In this document: in pieces, positions 38,421 to 47,082 of the stretch
Layout of the letters: each line of letters opens with the position of its first letter
Position numbering within the stretch: position 1 is the first letter of the stretch
Origin: a virus
Virus record (IMG/VR): IMGVR_UViG_3300032235_000792
Direction: 5' to 3' (one strand)
Length of the DNA: 64,000 nucleotides
Position numbers and translations under genes: made by a program
The notes under the pieces: generated by a model
What the model saw: the letters and a program-made list of their open reading frames with translations, nothing else
Databases searched by the model: none
What the model was told of the DNA's origin: nothing

Positions 38421-38690
38421 CTACTCTTCGCTGTCATCTTGAAACCTCTCGGCTAATACAAATCTTCTGTTGCATATCACATTGTTCCCTTCGTCCCAAA
38501 ACGTCAACACCACACCATAAACTTCCTGAGGGTTACTAAACTCGAAATTACCTAACCTATTGATCGTCAACCTAGGCTTTCTTTCCCATGTCACTATATA
38601 ACTCGTGGGCTCTAACAAACCTAGACCCTTCAATACATCGAGTGTATCTATGAGCGTCATAAAATCATTTAACCCTATATAACTTCGCAT
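38421..38690 (-). CDS. hypothetical protein
   Basis: 89 aa, GGAG RBS. Confidence 0.5.
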   Translation of the reverse strand: MRSYIGLNDFMTLIDTLDVLKGLGLLEPTSYIVTWERKPRLTINRLGNFEFSNPQEVYGVVLTFWDEGNNVICNRRFVLAERFQDDSEE

Positions 38691-39393
38691 ACCAGCGCAA
38701 TTCTCCCATCCATTCTATAAACTCATTGAACGATGTTGCTCTATCTATGAGATCTAACCGTCTCAACATGATGAACACGTCTCTAACTGTCATAACCTCG
38801 TGCCAATCGTCTGCTTGCTGATTCACGGCTCTACATCCTTAACCACACCGATGCACCCGACGCTACCCGCGCCATCCGGTAGCTTGTTTATCTCGTACAT
38901 ATCTTCTGTCGAAAATATCCATATCATATCCAACTGGTCGATATCGTTAAATATTCGCCCCAATATCAACCACATTATCTTTCTGGCCTCAAAATCTTTC
39001 ATATATAGTTATTATATAGCCAATCTGCCCCAAGTCATCTCGAGTTACGCGCAGACCAGAAAGGCCGATTAAATTGAGCGAATTAAGGATCTTCAGGATC
39101 GGGCATAACGCCTCGAGATCACGGCCAGCAAATACGCGCGCACTATGATGTAGTTGTGACTTATTTGTCACGTGATTTCCGATCAAGGTAGATGACGACC
39201 CACGGTGCGGCCAGTGTTGCGACAAGTTGTGCGCCAGCGAGCATAACTCGCAGTAGTTCATAAGTGGTCATTTAAGACCCCCATCTTTATTAAGACAGTA
39301 ATGACGCGGTAGAGCTTGCGTTTATCTTCGAAAGGTAAGCTTAGGAACGCGTTTGAGCAACGAAACATGTTCGCTCTAGTTCTCAGAGCATGT

Positions 39394-39594
39394 CTAGTAG
39401 GTTTCACGACTGTCTCCGTTTATGATCGCTTGATAGATCTTCATTTGAAATGAATTGCACATAGTATAGTATTCTTTCGCTGTTATGACACGAAGCTTGT
39501 ATAGGGAGTACAACATTAGACCATGACGAGAGAATGTCTCGTGGATGGATTTAGCGTTATCAGAGCAGGTAAGTAAGTATTCTTGATAGTTCAT
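39394..39594 (-). CDS. hypothetical protein
   Basis: 66 aa, first ORF divergent from the sigma gene. Confidence 0.5.
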   Translation of the reverse strand: MNYQEYLLTCSDNAKSIHETFSRHGLMLYSLYKLRVITAKEYYTMCNSFQMKIYQAIINGDSRETY

Positions 39595-39703
39595 ATAGTT
39601 CTTTTAAGTTATCAACAACTTATGCGGTAGGGGCCCCCTAACCGCTTCGCGGGACATTAAAAATGCTTGATAATATTATACTATGTTACAGTATAATAAA
39701 TGC

Positions 39704-40390
39704 ATGGACAACATAGTCAAGACATACTTAGAACAAATGGGTGCAATACCGATGCTTAGCGTGAAGGAAGAGGCGCGCATCGCTAAATTAGCATTTGAAG
39801 GTGATCAAGAAGCTAGGAAGATACTCATAGAGTCTAACTTGAGACTAGTTGTTTCTATCGCTAAGAAATACACCAGCTCAGGCATGGACTTACTAGACCT
39901 CATCCAGGAAGGTAACATCGGCTTGATGAAAGCAGTTGAAAAATTTGAGTATAAGCGCGGACATAAGTTCAGTACTTACGCTACATGGTGGATAAGGCAG
40001 GGAATAACAAGATCTATTGCAGATTCCGGTCGTACCATCAGACTGCCTGTTCATATGGTAGAAACAGTTGGCAAGATATTCCAGTCTATACGTGAAATAA
40101 TATACGACACCGGAAAAGAGCCAAGTGTTGCAGAGTTATCTAAGTATATGGGAATAACTGAAAAGAAATTAAGAGAAGCACTTGATGTAGCCAAGATACC
40201 AGTCTCGCTAGATATGAAGATATATGATGACTCGGCAAGCTTAATGGATAAAGTCCCTGATATAAAATTAGATTATCATTTAGATAGAGTCGATACGGCA
40301 GATCTCTCTAAGAATATAAAGATAATATTGAAGACTCTCACCCCAAGGCAAGAAAAAATACTGAGAATGAAGTTTGGGATTTCAGATTAA
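39704..40390 (+). CDS. RpoD-like sigma-70 factor truncated before region 4.2
   Basis: region 1.2 ([12 protein letters not shown]), [52 protein letters not shown]; ends at [10 protein letters not shown]; start re-called to MDNIV. Confidence 0.9.
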   Translation: MDNIVKTYLEQMGAIPMLSVKEEARIAKLAFEGDQEARKILIESNLRLVVSIAKKYTSSGMDLLDLIQEGNIGLMKAVEKFEYKRGHKFSTYATWWIRQGITRSIADSGRTIRLPVHMVETVGKIFQSIREIIYDTGKEPSVAELSKYMGITEKKLREALDVAKIPVSLDMKIYDDSASLMDKVPDIKLDYHLDRVDTADLSKNIKIILKTLTPRQEKILRMKFGISD

Positions 40391-40498
40391 CGATTTCTAA
40401 TATCTAACAGAACAGCTATCATCATATATAATCTCATTTGAATCATGTCTAGTTCTTCCTTGTTGTTCCAGAAAATCCTAGTTTTGTTCATCTTGCTC

Positions 40499-40699
40499 CT
40501 AGACATCCAGCAGTATCTCTTCTGCCAGTTTATCCAGTGCCCACTGGACACGTGTTGCAGTTCCAATTGACTTTCCAGTATTTAGAGTTAGTGTCAGGCA
40601 CTTGTCCATGAAAATACATTTGTGGCATTTTGGGACAGCATCCTTGTCTTTGAAACAATCGCCGTCTAATTCTATGATTCTTTCGTATATATCATCCAT
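40499..40699 (-). CDS. small Cys-rich protein (C-terminal AEEILLDV), probably leaderless
   Basis: start re-called to MDDIYER, TATAAT 7 nt upstream. Confidence 0.6.
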   Translation of the reverse strand: MDDIYERIIELDGDCFKDKDAVPKCHKCIFMDKCLTLTLNTGKSIGTATRVQWALDKLAEEILLDV

Positions 40700-40765
40700 T
40701 GAATATATTATACGAATTATAAAAACGGGGGGCATTTCGTGGTAAAATATAGGCCTGGAGTTGAT

Positions 40766-41563
40766 ATGTCACCATTAGATAAGCCGAATAAACAGTACAC
40801 GAATAGCGCTAGGTCTTACTCGTCACCGATGCCAGACCTTATTCCAGATATAAGCATACGAGGAGAGTCTTGGGATCAACTTGTTCAAAATAGAGGAATC
40901 AGGTTCATTCATAGACTAGCAGCGCCATGTCCAAACATGAGAAGACTCAACGACAACAATCACGACCCAGAGTGTAGCTTCTGTGACGGTAGTCAAATTA
41001 TATACATACAAGAAAAAGAAATATTTGGAACGTTTACAAATAACTCGTTAGAGAAGCTGTTTGAGGTTCAGGGAGTATGGGAAATCGGCACTGCCGTAAT
41101 AAGTTTTCCGACCGAATATCCAGATACAGAACAAGCTGACTTTAATGTATTCGACAAACTTATATGCCCAGATTTTCAAATTAGATTAACTGATCTAAAA
41201 GAATACGAACCTAACTCTAGTAACATGATGTCGATGAAATATCCGATAATTAGAGTATCGGATATGACATCTGTGGTCAATGGGGCAATTAAGAAATACG
41301 TACAAGGTATTGATTTTACTATAGTAGATGGAAATATAAGATGGGAGCAAGGTCGTGCACCTTCATATGATAGCATAGAAGAAATTGGTGAAGTACTGTC
41401 AATAACATACTCCGCGAATCCTGTGTATAATGTACTACAGAATATGCATGAAATAAGAGCAACTCAGCAAATGGTTAACGGGCAGAAGGTGGCGAAAAGG
41501 CTACCACAGCATGTCTTAGTCAAGAGGGATTTCTTGTTTAAACCAGATTCTAAGGAGCTCTAG
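40766..41563 (+). CDS. putative neck/head-completion protein
   Basis: CPN...CSFCDG motif, first gene of structural block; start re-called after GGAG. Confidence 0.5.
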   Translation: MSPLDKPNKQYTNSARSYSSPMPDLIPDISIRGESWDQLVQNRGIRFIHRLAAPCPNMRRLNDNNHDPECSFCDGSQIIYIQEKEIFGTFTNNSLEKLFEVQGVWEIGTAVISFPTEYPDTEQADFNVFDKLICPDFQIRLTDLKEYEPNSSNMMSMKYPIIRVSDMTSVVNGAIKKYVQGIDFTIVDGNIRWEQGRAPSYDSIEEIGEVLSITYSANPVYNVLQNMHEIRATQQMVNGQKVAKRLPQHVLVKRDFLFKPDSKEL

Positions 41564-41612
41564 GCTTACATTTAAGATATAATATCTAAGCATTAGAGAT
41601 ATTTGGAGCAAT

Positions 41613-43127
41613 ATGCCGCAAGCAGCAAGTAAAAAACAATTTAGATTTATGCAGGCAGTCCTGCATGGATATAAAGGACATTCTAGAGGGGTTCCGCCTA
41701 AAAGTGTAGCGGCTAAGTACGTTTCTAATAAGAGTGCACCAGAAAGTAAGAACAATGATAAAGGTGGCACGTGGTCAGAGGATCACCATAAGTTGCATGG
41801 TGAAGGCAAAAAGAAGAAGAAAGAAAAGAAGAAGCTCAAAAAAGCATTTGAGCAGTACTATTCCGGCCGTGGTGTTGGCTTAGTAGTTACTGACGATGAC
41901 GGTCAAATTCTTGTAGGTAAAGGTCATGACGGAACCTGGCAAACTCCAGGCGGACACGTTGAGGCCGGAGAAGATTTCTCAGATGCAGCTAATCGTGAAT
42001 TAAAAGAAGAAGCTGGAATTAGCGCAGGACCGATGCGAGAGATAGGTCATGCTAAGCTAGACGGTAATGACGCTAAGATTTTTCATGTTGAGTCTTTTTC
42101 TGGAAAAGTTAAGGATTCTGAGGAACTTAAAGAACTACATTTCGCTCCACTCCATGATGTCTTAGATTTGGATCTAAGAAGCTGTTCTAGAGCTGGACTG
42201 GAGATGTACGTACAGTCTCATCTTAAAAAATCTACAAAATTAAGTGATTTAGTTATATTAGAAAAATTAAATAAGAATATATTAAGAGGCGCAGATCAGC
42301 GCACTGCTGTGTTAGACGTGAGTCACGGAGAAGCCCTCAGATTAGTTGGCAATGGCTGCTTTAGAATGTTGCAAAGCGCCACTAAAGATATGGGTGACGA
42401 GGATTTTAGAGAGATCAAGATCGACACATATACAATAAGCATACGAAAGCATCTTAACGATGTATATTCTGGGCGCATAAATGACGGACACAAAGTAATT
42501 CATCAATTCACAAACAAGTCGCTTCCTCAACTATGTGCAGATGTTATGTCTGTATTTGAATGGTACTCAGATGAAGACGACAAAGTATTTGATATTCTTG
42601 ACGAAGAAAAATTACCTGACGACGCTATTCACGGCGGACTACATCAGCTTTCTGAAAACTATAAAAAACATAATCTAGCTAATATATATACAGAGATGGA
42701 GAATATTAGAAAAGAGATTAGGAACGGCGTTGCCGTGGATATTCAGCAAGTAGAAAGCAAGATCATGTCTTTGTTTGACAAACTTGAGAATTCTGTTTTA
42801 ACAATAATCGATAAACATAATCAACTAAATCAAGATGCCGGTAAAGAAATCGAGATCATAGAAAGCAAACTATTAGAGCTTCAAGAAAAGATAGAAGAAC
42901 TTAATCGCAAGCCGTCAAGTGTTGATGTAGTGCAATCTAAGAAGATAGATCCTAAAAAGGTTTATGAAAGTCAATATATGTACTTACCTAAACCAAAAAT
43001 TCAATTAAGCTCAGACGGCAATATCTCCATATCTTTTGATAAAGAGTGGACAGACCTAGAAAAATCAAATTTCCTCTGTGACATGAAGGCGAGGATCTTG
43101 AAGAAGGGTCGAGATGATAGACGCTAG
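41613..43127 (+). CDS. Nudix-hydrolase-containing multidomain protein, possibly internal head protein
   Basis: Nudix box GGHVEAGEDFSDAANRELKEEAG; coiled-coil C-terminal half. Confidence 0.75.
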   Translation: MPQAASKKQFRFMQAVLHGYKGHSRGVPPKSVAAKYVSNKSAPESKNNDKGGTWSEDHHKLHGEGKKKKKEKKKLKKAFEQYYSGRGVGLVVTDDDGQILVGKGHDGTWQTPGGHVEAGEDFSDAANRELKEEAGISAGPMREIGHAKLDGNDAKIFHVESFSGKVKDSEELKELHFAPLHDVLDLDLRSCSRAGLEMYVQSHLKKSTKLSDLVILEKLNKNILRGADQRTAVLDVSHGEALRLVGNGCFRMLQSATKDMGDEDFREIKIDTYTISIRKHLNDVYSGRINDGHKVIHQFTNKSLPQLCADVMSVFEWYSDEDDKVFDILDEEKLPDDAIHGGLHQLSENYKKHNLANIYTEMENIRKEIRNGVAVDIQQVESKIMSLFDKLENSVLTIIDKHNQLNQDAGKEIEIIESKLLELQEKIEELNRKPSSVDVVQSKKIDPKKVYESQYMYLPKPKIQLSSDGNISISFDKEWTDLEKSNFLCDMKARILKKGRDDRR

Positions 43128-43851
43128 ATTCGAGATAGACAAGCTAAAACAGGTCCTCAGACAAAAGAATATGCCTGAATCTATAATTCAAGAGATCTGT
43201 AACGATGCAGCTAGAGATATTAGTTCAGCTACAACAGACTTATTGGCTGATGCTATGATAGCAGCAGTTAATGCAGGTGGCGATGTTAGCTCATCACAAT
43301 TTGTTAGTGAAGTATTGTCAGTGAGATCTGGTCACACCTTTAATGTAGACACATCTTCTGGTAAGCAGAACTTCTCTGAACCGCCGTTTCCAATGTTGCC
43401 AAAACTTCTCAAGAATGCAAAAATCTCTAAAGACGGTGAAGCATACAGAGTAATTCCTATATCTAATAAATCAGGGCCATCAAGTGCTGTTACTACTGAA
43501 GCGGCTATTCGCAACATAAATCAAGCAAGGCAAGCAGCCAAAGATGAACGTGACGCCAAAGAGAAAGGTACGAAAACAGCGTCCACTCCGGATCCTATGG
43601 CAGGCATGGAAATTTTAGCGGCAATACAGGGTGCTGGTCGTCCTTCGCCGCAAAAAAGAGAAAGTAAAATAAAAGAAGGAAGTATAACCTTTAGAACTGC
43701 CTCTAGTAAGCAAGATGCTTCGGTTAGTTGGGTTATGCCAGCAAAGAACGCAGATTTAACAGAGAGACTTAGAGACATAAATAATAACTTACAAGACTCT
43801 ATTGATAGGGTTATTTTGGATATCGTCAATAGATATTCTGGGATGTATTAA
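43114..43851 (+). CDS. putative virion neck protein
   Basis: 245 aa; synteny upstream of sheath. Confidence 0.4.
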   Translation: MIDARFEIDKLKQVLRQKNMPESIIQEICNDAARDISSATTDLLADAMIAAVNAGGDVSSSQFVSEVLSVRSGHTFNVDTSSGKQNFSEPPFPMLPKLLKNAKISKDGEAYRVIPISNKSGPSSAVTTEAAIRNINQARQAAKDERDAKEKGTKTASTPDPMAGMEILAAIQGAGRPSPQKRESKIKEGSITFRTASSKQDASVSWVMPAKNADLTERLRDINNNLQDSIDRVILDIVNRYSGMY

Positions 43852-44555
43852 TGGCTTTTGTTATGCCTGAGGTTGCTTTACAGCGACTAGTACAAATTGG
43901 ACTGTCCAACCTACGAACTAATCGTGCGGCGTTTAATTGTATCTTTGCGCAGTTCCTAACTCCAGAAATGAGCGGAGCTTATGGGCAGCAGCATATAGAT
44001 AAGATCTATAATTGGTTTATTGGCTCTAAACTACCGGTACTTCAAGCATGGTCTTTTGACCCAACTAGAGTGCCTGCATATAGCATACACTTGGCAGATG
44101 AAAGTGAAGATGAGAGCAAGGCTGCAATAAGTGATTACTTTGGAATGGGTGAGAACTCAGAGATATTAACTGGACCATCTACTGTATCTCTAGACATTGG
44201 TATTCATGCCGACAAGTCTAAGGATCATGTCCTGTGGATGTACTACATACTTGCTTACATTTTTTACAAAGAAAAGATGACTGGGCATGGATTAGGTCTG
44301 CAATTATATACATTTAGAGCTTCTGATTATAACAAAGAAAGCAAGTACATGGCAGACAATGTGTGGTCTAGATGGATTCGATTTAGATGTACAGTTCAAA
44401 ACTATCTGGATGGCGAAGAATACATGGATCAACCTGTTATAAATATTGATATCGATGCTAGTGCGATAGATAATTATGATGAAACAACTGATATATATAG
44501 TGAAACTCTAGGTGGACCAGATTCACCAGATATAAGGAGAAGCAATGGAACCTAG
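43851..44555 (+). CDS. putative tail completion/terminator protein
   Basis: 234 aa; position just before sheath. Confidence 0.4.
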   Translation: MAFVMPEVALQRLVQIGLSNLRTNRAAFNCIFAQFLTPEMSGAYGQQHIDKIYNWFIGSKLPVLQAWSFDPTRVPAYSIHLADESEDESKAAISDYFGMGENSEILTGPSTVSLDIGIHADKSKDHVLWMYYILAYIFYKEKMTGHGLGLQLYTFRASDYNKESKYMADNVWSRWIRFRCTVQNYLDGEEYMDQPVINIDIDASAIDNYDETTDIYSETLGGPDSPDIRRSNGT

Positions 44556-44793
44556 TGAATTAGAGCTTAAACAAAAAATTAAAGAGATGGAGCAGCAAAA
44601 AAGAAAGGTAGAATCTCCGGCTAATGAGCTAGTTACCTTTGACACTTGGTTTCATAAGAGAAAAGACTCCATACCTAGTCGTCACATGAAGGAAATACTT
44701 TTTGCTGACTTTTCTGCTAGAGGACTGAAGGGGGCTGCAACAATGGAACAGTTCGATAAGGCTCTGGCCCTTTATGGGGTAAAACTTAAGTAA
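44545..44793 (+). CDS. small hypothetical protein
   Basis: 82 aa, AAGGAG RBS. Confidence 0.6.
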   Translation: MEPSELELKQKIKEMEQQKRKVESPANELVTFDTWFHKRKDSIPSRHMKEILFADFSARGLKGAATMEQFDKALALYGVKLK

Positions 44794-44846
44794 ATATACA
44801 TGTTATAATATAATTAATGCAATGAAACTGATTAGGAGAGACTAAC

Positions 44847-47030
44847 ATGGCAATTAATGTATCATTCAACGGTTCTACGATCTATAAGCCAGGTGCTTAC
44901 TCTAGAACTACAATAGATCTTGGCGGTGGATTTCCACTTGGTCCTGCTGGTATAGTAGCCATTTTTGGTGAATCAACTAAAGGAAAGCCCGGTAGCGAAG
45001 AAATTATCGCAAATAATGTATTTAATGCTAATCAGATAGCACAAGTTCGTCAAAAGTACGGATCTGGTCCTATTGTTGATGCCATGAACTTCTTGTTTGC
45101 TCCAGCTTCTGATGGAGCTATTCCAAGCGGTGCTCAAGCTGTGTACATCTATAAAACAAATGATTCAACTAGAGCGTCAATTGCTTTAGCTAATTCATTC
45201 GGTACTGTTAGATCTCTAGAGCATGGTGTTGGTGGTAACACTATTACATTCTCTGCTTCTGAAGTTTCTGAGGTTGCACCGTCATTGTCATCTTCTTCTG
45301 CATTTGATGAAGCAGCAATCGCTGCTGGTTCATTCGATATTTTCGTAAACGGTGTTAAATCTACTGTTGCTGTTGCTGGCGGTTATGCTGATAAAGCAGC
45401 TCTAGTTGCGGATGCCGCTTCGTGGTCGGTAGATGATGTATCTTTTGTAGTTGGTGGCGCAGATGGTGCTTGTACTTTACAAGTTTCAATTGATGCTGAC
45501 GCACAAGCTGCTAGAAAGGGTTGGGGAAAATCAATTCAATTAGCAGATGGTTCTGGCGCTCCTCTTGCTGCAATGAACATGTCTGAAGATATGGAAGTTT
45601 CTTCTGTTGAATCAGCTATGACAGTTACAATTAAACAAACAAGAGATCTTCTTCAAGAACAAGACACTATCGGTGGTAACGTTGTTCTAGAAGTTGGTTA
45701 CAGCGGTGCTCAAGCTGCAGCAAGCATAGAAATCACAGATACGCAAGTCATATTGACTGCTGGTGCATCTATCTCTATCGACAAAAGCTCATACCCAACA
45801 CTTAGTCAATTAGTTAACGCTATCAACCTTAATCCAGGATGGAAAGCCGCTCTAACTAGTTCACTATATAATTCAATTTCGCCTAAGATGCTTGATCAAG
45901 TTGACGTAGGCGCTAAATCACCTGACGCAGAAACTAGCAAGCCAGCAAGAATCAAGAAAGATTCTGGTGAAGCTGCTCAGCTATTTGCAGAATCTGCTAT
46001 CGTTGATATTGCAGATCAATCTTCTGCTGGATTAATGGATGCAATGTCTGAAGCTGCTTTGACTGGTGGAACACTTGGATCAACAACATCTGCAGACATC
46101 GTAGATGCACTAGCTGCTCTTGAAGGTGTTCGAGTTAATGCAGTAGTTCCTCTATTCTCTAGAGATGCTATCGTTGATTCTGACACTGCTACGGGCGATG
46201 TTGCTGATAATCTTACTGATGTCGCTTCATCATATACAATATTAGGTATTCATCAAGCTGTTAAAACTCACTGCAGCTTAATGAGCACAACTAAAAATAG
46301 AAGCGAAAGACAGGGTTACCTTTCTTATAAGAACGACTTCGTCTCTTGTAGAGAAAGAGCGTCACTTCTTGCTGATGCAAGAATGCAGCTTGCAATTCAA
46401 GATATTCGCAATATCGATTCTCAAGGAAACATCAAGTGGTTTCAACCATGGGCTCAAGCTTGTATGCTTGCTGGTGCTCGTTCTGGTTCTCCAGTTGGTA
46501 CTCCACTAACATTCAAATTCTTCAACGCAGTTGGAATCAGACAAACTGAACAGTCTATGTCTACGTCAGAAGAAGATATCATTGCTGATTTTAATCCTAA
46601 TACAGATGCTGATATTGCTATTCAAAGCGGTATTTCGTTCTTCGAAGCTCCTCAGTTGGGTGGAATAAGATGTGTCCTAGATAATACAACTTATCAAAAA
46701 GATGGTAACTGGGTTTACAACAGAGGTAACGTACTTTACGCTGCTGACATTTTAGCGTTTGATTTCAGAAATCAAATGGAGAATCTATATGTTGGTAAGA
46801 AAAATACAGTTAAAGCGAGTGAAATTAAATCAACAGCTTCTACTATACTAGATACATATCTAGCGCAAGGTATTACTGTCTCTTCTAATGGCGCACCAAA
46901 TGGCTATAAAGATCTTATTGTAAGTGTTAACGGTAATGTTATCAATATTAGCGTTACTGTAGTTCTTGTTGAAGGTATTGACTTTGTATTAAGTGATATC
47001 ACAATTACAAGAGCACAATCACAAGCTTAA
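44847..47030 (+). CDS. contractile tail sheath protein
   Basis: IYKPGAYS N-terminus, VAIFGES..GKP, sheath-like C-terminal domain; followed by tube genes. Confidence 0.88.
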   Translation: MAINVSFNGSTIYKPGAYSRTTIDLGGGFPLGPAGIVAIFGESTKGKPGSEEIIANNVFNANQIAQVRQKYGSGPIVDAMNFLFAPASDGAIPSGAQAVYIYKTNDSTRASIALANSFGTVRSLEHGVGGNTITFSASEVSEVAPSLSSSSAFDEAAIAAGSFDIFVNGVKSTVAVAGGYADKAALVADAASWSVDDVSFVVGGADGACTLQVSIDADAQAARKGWGKSIQLADGSGAPLAAMNMSEDMEVSSVESAMTVTIKQTRDLLQEQDTIGGNVVLEVGYSGAQAAASIEITDTQVILTAGASISIDKSSYPTLSQLVNAINLNPGWKAALTSSLYNSISPKMLDQVDVGAKSPDAETSKPARIKKDSGEAAQLFAESAIVDIADQSSAGLMDAMSEAALTGGTLGSTTSADIVDALAALEGVRVNAVVPLFSRDAIVDSDTATGDVADNLTDVASSYTILGIHQAVKTHCSLMSTTKNRSERQGYLSYKNDFVSCRERASLLADARMQLAIQDIRNIDSQGNIKWFQPWAQACMLAGARSGSPVGTPLTFKFFNAVGIRQTEQSMSTSEEDIIADFNPNTDADIAIQSGISFFEAPQLGGIRCVLDNTTYQKDGNWVYNRGNVLYAADILAFDFRNQMENLYVGKKNTVKASEIKSTASTILDTYLAQGITVSSNGAPNGYKDLIVSVNGNVINISVTVVLVEGIDFVLSDITITRAQSQA
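46181..46193 (+). repeat. TGACACTGCTACG 13-mer inside sheath gene
   Basis: exact match, opposite orientation to left-arm copies; encodes D-T-A-T. Confidence 0.9.
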
Positions 47031-47040
47031 TAGTATAATA

Positions 47041-47066
47041 AAAAGGTCGACGTACGTCGACCTTTT
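47041..47066. terminator. perfect 26-bp palindrome, probable terminator after sheath gene
   Basis: AAAAGGTCGACGT-ACGTCGACCTTTT. Confidence 0.65.
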
Positions 47067-47082
47067 AACACTAAGAGGATCA

